A stretch of DNA of 44,596 nucleotides from Trichomonas gallinae (lineage: Eukaryota): contig MRSU01000866.1 in assembly GCA_008369845.1 (NCBI GenBank), forward strand, positions 1 to 44,596. Direction: 5' to 3'. Each line of letters starts with the position of its first letter. Within the stretch, counting starts at the first letter, position 1. The translations under genes and the position numbers were made by a program. The notes under the pieces were generated by a model that was not told where the DNA came from, made no database searches, and saw only the letters and a list, made by a program, of their open reading frames with translations. Shown here piece after piece: positions 1 through 8,456 of this stretch.

Positions 1-157
1 AAATCACACATATCAACAATCCTAATTATCACAAAATTAGTTCGAAATTCGCAAAAAATCGAGTTGAATCACTTCTAAAAGGTGTCACTTTTCGCGAGCG
101 AACCCCGAATCCAAAATCAGCGAATCCATCACTAAACGGCCAGTTCGCACATCCCTA
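1..157. mobile_element. Probable terminus of a hAT-like non-autonomous DNA transposon continuing outside the window
   Basis: Ends in TTCGCACATCCCTA (144-157; reverse complement TAGGGATGTGCGAA, like the Ac-type TAGGGATG end). 13/14 identical to 972-985, and both carry CTTTTCGCGA about 60 bp inward (88-97 and 919-928). Rich in CGAA motifs. Confidence 0.45.
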
Positions 158-221
158 ACCACATTCGAATCCAGAAAGGTGGATTATTTTGTTTTTTTAT
201 TTTGTTCTTTGAATAATTTAA

Positions 222-352
222 GGTTCCGCTCCGGCCAAATAGCGGTCTATCGTCGTATTTTTATTTTTTCATAATTTTAACCTATTTTGGTTCAAAGCAA
301 GCGCAAAAAAACTTGAAAAATTGAGACCACTTTTTGGTCGCGTAGCGGATTC
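222..352. mobile_element. Candidate 131-bp Kolobok-like MITE with TTAA target-site duplication
   Basis: TTAA at 218-221 and 353-356. Left end GGTTCCGCTCCGGCCAAA versus right-end reverse complement GAATCCGCTACGCGACCAAA (imperfect GC-rich TIRs in AT-rich DNA); RR...YY termini. Confidence 0.5.
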
Positions 353-646
353 TTAAGATAAAATTTTATATTATGTTTTTGGGTATACAGTACAAGTATG
401 GGTAACGATTCGGTAATGTCGCTGATACCAACGAGCATAACTTTTAGTATTTTATTAGAATTTGCTAAAATTGCCAATTTTTCATGAAAATAATCATTTA
501 ATTCTCGTCATACATTATGTTAAGCTAGAAATCTATCCAGATTTATCAAATACTAGTTCAAGAAATGAATTGAATGAAAATCACTCCTTGTTTATTTAGT
601 TAGGTGTCTCATTTAAGCCTCCAAATCATGGAAGAAGGACGTTAAA

Positions 647-985
647 TAGGGTTGCAACTTTGGAAGATATTATGTATAATTTTACTTTTGTACGTAATAC
701 TAAATACAATTTTGAATAGAGAATTGCGAATTCGCGAACGCATTCACGAATAAAGTTCCCGCAAATCGAGGGCTTAGAAAAGGGGAGTTTAAAGTAGTTT
801 CAAATAGGGGAATAACTAAATACAAAGGGGTTTGTTTAGTCCAGGGGCTAATAAAAATTAAAAGGAGGTGCCCTGTATTTGCAGGGCATTACAGATATTT
901 TAAGGGGATTCTGCCATGCTTTTCGCGAACTGAATAAAATTGCACATTTTGTTCCCTTATAAAAGTGAGAATTCGCACAACCCTA
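647..985. mobile_element. Candidate 339-bp hAT-like MITE
   Basis: TAGGGTTG (647-654) and CAACCCTA (978-985) inverted termini; internal repeated AGGGG and TTCGCGAA motifs; right end matches 144-157. No 8-bp TSD is visible. Confidence 0.4.
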
Positions 986-1913
986 TATCATATTAATAAT
1001 GCCCATAATCTATATTGTTTAGAATGATTCCTATTCAATATTAATCTATACTTTGATCAAATTTTAATATAAATCATCCCTGGCAATCATTTTAATGATT
1101 GATATTAAGTATATAGCATTTTTATTATTTTCATTATTTTATATGTATGCGATAATGTATAAGAGTAAGATGTTTACTACCTGACTATGGTCTATACAAT
1201 CTATTGCAGAAATGAAAAAAGACTGGCTATGGATAAAGACTGGTCAATTAGGCGACATTTAGCAAATATATGAATTTCCCATTATTGACTCTGAAATTAT
1301 AATATTTAATAGCATATGGTCCTGAATATTCCATCAAAATGGAACTGTTCTTTATTTTCCAAATTTTGTATAATCGATCTTGAAGTTTTTTTTTTCATCG
1401 TATTCACATGTGCTACAGGTGTGCAGCTACATTATCACAATGAAACATAATGTTAACCGATCAATAAAAGGAAAAAAGTTGGTCGGACTAATAAGATTTT
1501 GACAAACAATTTTTGGTTATTTCCATTCCTCTGACAATGATTCACAATTTTTAAAATTTATACTTTTTTGAATTGATATTTTCAAAATTAGGTATTCAAA
1601 TAAAATCCACTTGAACATCATGTCTATTGTCATTAGCTTATTTTTTGATTTTTGTCAACTAAAAAACCGCAATACTGTAAACTAATATTTTTCCCCAATT
1701 TTTGTTTTATAGCACATATTAGGTGTTTATATGAATATAAAGTTCGGAGGTTTATCAACTTTTCATTACCGAATTCAAAAATTGAAAAAATAATAATTAC
1801 ATAAATTATTCATTTTAGATCTACAAAAAATGATAAATATGATTCCATTTTTAAATTTTTCAATAAATATTTGATCTTCCATTCAAAACTTTCTTTGTGA
1901 TTTTTGATTTTTT

Positions 1914-1918
1914 TCACA
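1914..1918 (+). promoter_or_regulatory. Initiator element (TCAYW) of the IBD gene
   Basis: TCACA in a T-rich tract 15 nt upstream of ATG 1929. Confidence 0.55.
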
Positions 1919-1928
1919 TTTTTCTTGC

Positions 1929-2639
1929 ATGTCGGATTTTACACACAAATACAAAGCCTCAAAGCAGCGCTTCTTTACGCTTGACGAGAAGCTGTTTGTT
2001 CCAACACGTAAGATGAACATGCTCAACCAGGTTATGGAAAGCACGCCATTTTTGATGTCGAAAGAATATTCCGGCACAAGAACTGCTCAATCCACGAGAT
2101 TGTCAAGGACAGCATTAACAACACATGCTTGTTCCAGCGATTCCAAAGTCCACGAACTCCTTCACAAAAGTCTTACAAATCCCGACGATATTGTTATTGA
2201 ACCAAGGAATATTGGCTTAATCCCAGCTTCTGAATGGACGCCTAGGCCAGTTACCCTCCATCAGATCCACGACTCTTATTTCTCGAAAAGAAATGGATCG
2301 ATAAGGCAGTTCGATATTAAGCTGTACAACGCTCTTTGCATATCAAAATATGCGTCAAATGCAGTGGATCATATTGGTGTAACTTGGGTCGACGCAGATC
2401 ACTTCAAAGTTAACGAAAAAGTATTTTCTCATTTCATTGGAATTATGAGTAGTTATTCAAATCTATTTGACAAGCAAGGTCCTCTTGAGACATATGGTTT
2501 CGAGCAGGTTTATCGCAACTCCAATCCTAAATTTTCCCGAAATTATCTTTGCGATGATGTTGATGATTGCAATATTCGCCTGTTTAAGGATCCCAAACAG
2601 CGTTTTTCGCGTGATAAGACATACACATGCGTTGGATGA
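1929..2639 (+). CDS. Initiator-binding-domain (IBP39/IBD-like) DNA-binding protein
   Basis: 236 aa; FDIKLYNAL...HIGVTWVDADHFKVNEKVFSHFIGI...NLFDKQG..TYGF matches the trichomonad IBD family pattern. Confidence 0.8.
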   Translation: MSDFTHKYKASKQRFFTLDEKLFVPTRKMNMLNQVMESTPFLMSKEYSGTRTAQSTRLSRTALTTHACSSDSKVHELLHKSLTNPDDIVIEPRNIGLIPASEWTPRPVTLHQIHDSYFSKRNGSIRQFDIKLYNALCISKYASNAVDHIGVTWVDADHFKVNEKVFSHFIGIMSSYSNLFDKQGPLETYGFEQVYRNSNPKFSRNYLCDDVDDCNIRLFKDPKQRFSRDKTYTCVG

Positions 2640-3309
2640 ATAATTTCTTATTGCGATTCTTCATGTTTAGTGTTTGTATTTTTTTATTAAAGCGTTATTC
2701 ATGGATTGTTTAATTCCATACGTTTTTCCTATATATTATATTCTATTGTTACACATAACGGCCTTAAATATAAAAATTGAGAAATGTCATGAGGTATATC
2801 ACATTACAAAGCTAAGCGCAATAGATTCCACATATGCATATTATAGTTATATCATGAAGAGAAATCGTGTTTATAATAATGAAATAATGATTGCTTTATA
2901 ATTCTTACATACAGGTGCTGTAATGACATTTCGCCACAAGAAATCTACTAGATCTTAGAATTATAATAGAAAATTCTCATAGGCAACAATTACATACCCA
3001 TACGTCATGGAAAAACTTAGATGTAATCGAAATTCGGAGATAACTATTATAACACAGCTTATTATACTCTACATAGTCCAAATATAGTAAAAGAAATGTA
3101 TGTTCACGGATGAACTAGTTTAGAATGATTGTAAATCAGAAATATCATTTGCTTAGAGGAAAATACACTTATTCTAAAGACTTGTAAGTGTTTAATTTAT
3201 TCTTCGTAGGTCCGCTGCTCAATTAAAATATTATTAAATTAATTCAATAACAAAATTTCACGCAAAGCATAATTTAGAATGTAAATCAACTTCTAAGTTT
3301 AAATTTACC

Positions 3310-4026
3310 TTATATCAAAATAAAAACATAAACATATAAATAATTGATTAGATTTTTTGAGTAATAAAAGCCACAATGACATGGAGTGCGGTTTATTAAT
3401 GTTAATATACCTAATATCGGTATACATCCAAAGTATGATGAAGGATAAAATGGTGTAACAATAATTTCTATTTTTCTTCCAACCAAAAGATCAGTTTGCT
3501 GAGAAAAGTCATTTTGTCCGAAATAATAAAGTCTTCTGAACCGATTAGCTCCTAAAAATCCAGCAGAAACAATCGAATTGACCAATGACGGCAAAACTAA
3601 TGTTTCTAGCCTATTACATGCAACGAGGAAGGAATATCCTATTGAAGTGAGCTGAGAGTTAGGTCTGAAAATAATAGATCGAACATTATAAAATTCTGAA
3701 AAATATGGTCCAATTGATTTGATTGATGAAGATACTGTTATCTTTTCGACCTTCCCAAGCTTGTGAAAACCTGTGTGAGCGATTTCAACCAATGTTTCAG
3801 GTAAAATTATTTCTTTTATTATTTCATATTCACCTACAACACAACCATATGTCATACTTTTAATTTCATGACCATCTATGTATCCTGGAATATCAAGGAT
3901 TTCAGGTATTAAATCTCGAGATTTAAAACAATTGCATCCATTATTGTCTGATGCATTACCAAGAATCCAAAATCCTCGATTTGAGTCATATGATGTTACA
4001 AATATGCTAGGATCAGTGATTCGAGC
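3310..4026 (-). pseudogene. BspA-like (TpLRR/LRR_5) leucine-rich repeat surface protein with decayed 5' end; intact ORF from internal ATG 3855
   Basis: TpLRR repeats (IILPETLVEIA, ITVSSSIKSIG, SQLTSIGYSF, LVLPSLVNSI) and hydrophobic C-terminus. The frame stays open 57 codons above ATG 3855 (LDIPGYIDGHEIKS) to a TGA at 4027-4029 with no ATG. Confidence 0.6.
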
Positions 4027-4070
4027 TCAAGTTTTGTAATGTCAAATTTTTAAGGTTAAATAAGATAACA

Positions 4071-4143
4071 AAACGTGACAAAAATAAAAGTGACAAACTT
4101 TTTAAAACCTAAAAGTGACACCCAAAATTTGTAAAAGTGACAA
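4071..4143. promoter_or_regulatory. Divergent promoter with 3 exact and 1 variant AAAGTGAC (M2-like) motifs
   Basis: AAAGTGAC at 4087, 4112 and 4134; AACGTGAC at 4072. Reads TGTCACTTT (Inr-like) on the minus strand. Confidence 0.65.
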
Positions 4144-5109
4144 ATGAAAATATCAACAGTGATTTTTACTGTTTGGCTTTATCTTGATTTTTTGGCATTG
4201 GCTTTTGGTGTATTTAAGCTAATTATGAATAATACAGTGCTGTTTGATAAAAATGAGAACATTTACTGCAATTGGAATTCATCAACAATTCCAGGAGGCA
4301 CTAAACGCGATGTTGTATTTCTATATGCAACAAATATTGGTCCTGGATTGCATTTAGCTTATAAATCATTAAGATCAACCGGTTCAAAATGCAGAATTTT
4401 ATTATTTGTTCCTGAAGAACTTAAATTAACAGTACTAGAAGAAAAATTATTCAAAATATACAACATTGAAATCATTAGAATTCGAGAACATGTTCGCGAC
4501 AATAAAGTTGTACCACATATGGATAGATACGAACACGAATACGACTGGCTTTCAGAAAACATTGACAGTGTCGATAGAGTGTTCCATACTGACGCCTTTG
4601 ATGTGTTTTTCCAAGGCGATCCATTCACAGATATTTTATCAAATGAATCTTTACTTCTTGCGCTTGAGCCTCACCAATTTCGATCATGTGGATGGAATTT
4701 GGCATGGCTCAAGGAATGCTACGGTGATGCTGTTTTGAGCCAGTTATCTCACCATTTCATTTTGTGTTCAGGATCTATTGGAGGATCTGCTGAGCACTAC
4801 TTGAAGCTGCTTGATTTAATGATTACATCCAACCACTGGCTGAAATGCTGGGATGCTAGCATGGATCAGCCTATTTTGAACTATTTAATTTGGAGCGGAA
4901 ATGCAAAAAAGCATGGCATCGAATATCAGCTCACAGGATGCAATGGTGGATTCTTCACAATGCAGTGGTGTATAAAAGGAAAGAATATTCTTTATAATGA
5001 ACATGGTCAAATTACATCACTCGAAGATACAGTTCCAGTTTACATACATCAATACAATAGATATGATCAGCTCCAAAAAGAGCTTTTTGCAAAGTGTGGA
5101 ATCAAATAA
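4144..5109 (+). CDS. Type II membrane putative GT-A-fold glycosyltransferase
   Basis: 321 aa; N-terminal TM helix; VFHTDAFDVFFQGDPF, LCSGSIGG, DQPILNYL and IHQYNRY motifs. Confidence 0.7.
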   Translation: MKISTVIFTVWLYLDFLALAFGVFKLIMNNTVLFDKNENIYCNWNSSTIPGGTKRDVVFLYATNIGPGLHLAYKSLRSTGSKCRILLFVPEELKLTVLEEKLFKIYNIEIIRIREHVRDNKVVPHMDRYEHEYDWLSENIDSVDRVFHTDAFDVFFQGDPFTDILSNESLLLALEPHQFRSCGWNLAWLKECYGDAVLSQLSHHFILCSGSIGGSAEHYLKLLDLMITSNHWLKCWDASMDQPILNYLIWSGNAKKHGIEYQLTGCNGGFFTMQWCIKGKNILYNEHGQITSLEDTVPVYIHQYNRYDQLQKELFAKCGIK

Positions 5110-5314
5110 GAAAATTGAATTTTTTTATTTCCTCTCACACTCCTTCAATCACTTTATATTAATGGCTATTATAGATTTTGAAGATGATTTTGATTTAGAT
5201 TTAAGATGATTTTTTATATTAAATTTGTTTGTTCGTTTAAATAAATGTTTTATATATAGTTGCTGTCAGAAATTAGTAGATATTTGCTTTAATACTAGAA
5301 ATGAGCTCATTTTT

Positions 5315-6103
5315 ATGTCAAGTAAATTTTCAAATTCGCGACGAAACTGGAGAGTCAGAGTTTTAGACAGATTAAATGATGTGCGAGATGTATTATCTAC
5401 GAATTTATCATCAGAAGAGCTCGAATCTCTTTATAAACTTGCAGATAAATATAATGAAGATAAACAAATGGAAATATATCAACAACAAGCAGATAATTCA
5501 GCAGTGGAAGGCAGCTTCCTTCCAGACAACTCTAAAAAATCACAACCAATCGTTTTATTCAGATCCGAAAATTCATTTCTTCAATTTATCGAAACAAACA
5601 TTGTCCCTTATCATCTACAAGTGGTAGTACCTGCTGCTGCAGGAACAAATTTCTTAAATAATGCGCAAACACTAGAATTGAATACTTGGTTTCGCTCTCT
5701 GTCTATGATTGCATTACAAGAAGATATCAGTCTGATATTTTTCGAGTTTTCGACTGGCTCCATGCCACTGATTGTTGATATTTTCCCTGTTCCAGCAGAT
5801 CTAAACGAAGGAAGCATGCAAGCACAATGGAAGTCAGTTTTGGAAGAAGATGTTGATGATTTTGATACCACAACTATTAAAAAACTCAGAACACACATTC
5901 AAAAAGGAGAATTTCCACAAAAATGTCCATACGTTGCAGTTACATTCGATAATTTAATCGGTTTCGGAAGAATATATCAAGGTGGTTATGATCCCTCAAC
6001 AGCTGCCCTTGAAGTCGTTCAAGCTATTTGGACTGAATCAAATTCTCGGCCTCCAGAGAAATTAATAGAAACTATAAAAGAGTACAGTCTGTGGCCAAAA
6101 TAA
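5315..6103 (+). CDS. Divergent Cwf19/CWF19L2-like (CwfJ C-terminal domain) protein
   Basis: ATG 5315 with Inr TCATT at 5307 (the ORF-track start is TTG). Ordered motifs HLQVVVP, IFFE, IVDIFPVP, PYVAVTF..GF and LEVV follow the CwfJ_C_1/C_2 pattern. Confidence 0.6.
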   Translation: MSSKFSNSRRNWRVRVLDRLNDVRDVLSTNLSSEELESLYKLADKYNEDKQMEIYQQQADNSAVEGSFLPDNSKKSQPIVLFRSENSFLQFIETNIVPYHLQVVVPAAAGTNFLNNAQTLELNTWFRSLSMIALQEDISLIFFEFSTGSMPLIVDIFPVPADLNEGSMQAQWKSVLEEDVDDFDTTTIKKLRTHIQKGEFPQKCPYVAVTFDNLIGFGRIYQGGYDPSTAALEVVQAIWTESNSRPPEKLIETIKEYSLWPK

Positions 6104-6296
6104 TCACTATCAAAATTGTATTTCACCAAATTATATTTTTTATTTTGATGAAAATTCGTCGAAATGATTCATGTTTGTTAAGTTTGGTTATATCTTTTGT
6201 TTTGTATTGCTATTTTGTTGTTAGAAGGTTAATTTATTGATGAAAATAAAATATTAAACATAAATCTTTATTAAATAAACACAAAAATATAACAAA

Positions 6297-7946
6297 TCAC
6301 TCAACAAATCCTTGCAGTTGTTTGACCTTAGCTGCAACAATTTCCTTTTCGAGTTCAACGAAAGCTTTTTCTGACTCTGTTTTATCGTCATAAAGAGTTT
6401 TAACGTGAACCTTCAATCTCTTGTTCTCAGAGATTGCGTTGTTAGCTGCTAAGTTCAAACTCTTCATTTCTTCAGCTGACTTCGGCAGAGAAATCTCAAA
6501 AACTGTTTCATTGTGCATTTCTATGTTTGGCGTGACACTCTTCATCCAGTATCCGATTCTTGATGGACAAAGCTCTCTCATTCCCCAGTAAATCAGAGAT
6601 CTAGGAATTTGAATTCCAGATTCTTTTAATAATGTTGAATTATCGAAGAGAGACAAGTCATTGAATAAAGAAACTGCATGTTGTATCAATGAACCTCTTT
6701 TCTCGTCCGATTTTCTGAGAATTAATAAAAGTACAGAAGAAAGGCCTCTTAAGAAGACATCACCAGCATCAATTGATTCTATAGCTGCATTTTGGTAGAA
6801 AACTCTTCTCTGGATGCACAAACACGATCTTAGAATTGATTCAATTCTATTTGCTGGATTAAAAGCAGTAACATCGAACATAGACGATTTATGGCATTCA
6901 TAGCAGATAAACGACGTGAAGAGCATGAAATATTTGTCATTCGTCAATTCTTCGATTTTCATGATATCTTTATCTTCGAAAACAAACGACGGATTTGTCA
7001 TAGAAAGTGTTTCTAAGAGTCTCAGAATCGTTTGTCTCGTTGAAGGTCTTCGCGCAGCAACGTCAAGAAGCCAAATCGAGTCAAAACTCTGCAAAGGATG
7101 ACAGAAGATGCAGCTGCTGATGCATTTCAGGGCATTGTTCACTGTTTCGTCTTCAGATGTCGTGTTTTTGGCGACTTCGATGAATCTATCAAAAGCGCCG
7201 TCATTAAAAACGCAGATCTGAGCATTCGAGAGGTTTACCAAGTCCTTTGGATGAAGAAGAGCTATAAGCGCGTTTGTTGCTAAATTAGAGAAGTTTGTCT
7301 GGAATAATGTGTCCAATAATCTTGGAATATGTCCCATGTCAATAAAATACTTTCTCGTTTGCTGGTCTGATATGAGAAGTGACAACAATTCTAAATGTGT
7401 GTCGTTTGTTGAGATTGTTGGAAGAATTTGTTCGATTAATCCATTAAAGACTAAAGGAACGCGTAATGTTGTATCAATTTGGGCTACTTTGACTATAAAC
7501 GATATAACGAAAGAATTGGAAGCGTAAGGAACGAAATCTGCAATTTCATTTGGAGATGTTGTTAATTTGTACAGATCTTCATTAGTATTTAAGCATTTGC
7601 AGCACAATCCGCAAAATGGTGGGAGAAGCTGTGTGCTAAAAAGGCTATGATTTGAAATAACAGTGCGAAATAGAGTAGATAAATCGGCAGATTTGAAAAA
7701 CACTTGATCGAAGCGATTAAATGTCAGCAATAGCTGTGATGCCTCATCTATGTTGTTCTGCTCTACAAATGAGTTAATTTTAGGCATAATTGGCAAAATT
7801 AATTTTCTTGAAAATTCCGGTTTGTTTTTTAAAACTTCTGAAATCCTGCTGCACGTCTCATCCACGTTCTTCTGGTTCAGCTCCTTAACAAGAGACTCAA
7901 TGTATTGTTCGTCTGATGTTGTTGGAGCAAGAATCGATGTGAGCAT
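6297..7946 (-). CDS. Armadillo-repeat protein with C-terminal coiled coil, Uso1/p115-like vesicle tether
   Basis: ATG 7946 directly after AAAGTGACA. LRVPLVFNGLIEQIL, TRKYFIDMGHIPRL and FLRGLSSVLLLI resemble p115 head motifs in the same order; about 55-aa terminal coiled coil. Confidence 0.55.
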   Translation of the reverse strand: MLTSILAPTTSDEQYIESLVKELNQKNVDETCSRISEVLKNKPEFSRKLILPIMPKINSFVEQNNIDEASQLLLTFNRFDQVFFKSADLSTLFRTVISNHSLFSTQLLPPFCGLCCKCLNTNEDLYKLTTSPNEIADFVPYASNSFVISFIVKVAQIDTTLRVPLVFNGLIEQILPTISTNDTHLELLSLLISDQQTRKYFIDMGHIPRLLDTLFQTNFSNLATNALIALLHPKDLVNLSNAQICVFNDGAFDRFIEVAKNTTSEDETVNNALKCISSCIFCHPLQSFDSIWLLDVAARRPSTRQTILRLLETLSMTNPSFVFEDKDIMKIEELTNDKYFMLFTSFICYECHKSSMFDVTAFNPANRIESILRSCLCIQRRVFYQNAAIESIDAGDVFLRGLSSVLLLILRKSDEKRGSLIQHAVSLFNDLSLFDNSTLLKESGIQIPRSLIYWGMRELCPSRIGYWMKSVTPNIEMHNETVFEISLPKSAEEMKSLNLAANNAISENKRLKVHVKTLYDDKTESEKAFVELEKEIVAAKVKQLQGFVE

Positions 7947-8456
7947 TGTCACTTTTTTAAAATAAATTTATTCGAAAAACCAAAACTCACTCATTTATAC
8001 AACCTGCACAACTATTTAAAGCAATTTTTCCATTTAAAACTTATCACTTACATAAGATATATCCAAAATTCACATCAAAACTTTTTAAATTATACAATAA
8101 TTACTCATAACAATGCATCAAATCTATATCATATATCAATTGAATCTATATATTTTGTTAAATATCCTATAGTATTAATACAATGCGAATATAATACAGT
8201 TTCATATATAACCTGTGTTTTCATTGTTTTGTAGCTGTAATATGACTATAATTCATGTATGTACTTTAAGTGAAAAATATATCCTGCTAAAAATCAATAT
8301 TAATTATGTTATTAATGAATTTTTCTGTAATTTTGCATGTGTTGGAAAATGACTATGCTTATTTTGTCTTTAATTGATGAACATAAGATAATAAACAACA
8401 TTTATAATAAAATCAAACAAAAATAAAAGCGATACAAATTTAACATTTTTGCATGG

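Noticed and set aside
2674..2901. Short AT-rich ORFs (also 292-477, 16370-16567, 21787-22023, 23807-24034, 26699-27007, 35673-35888)
   Set aside because: F/I/Y/K/N-biased composition typical of non-coding AT-rich DNA, often with non-ATG starts
3909..3926. 18-bp perfect palindrome TTAAATCTCGAGATTTAA
   Set aside because: Lies in frame within the BspA-like coding remnant; no independent support
4027..4044. TGA recoding (Sec or Trp) to explain in-frame TGA stops in decayed genes
   Set aside because: TGA terminates intact genes here (2639, 6297, 8457, 17660), Trp is TGG, and TAA stops also interrupt the remnants
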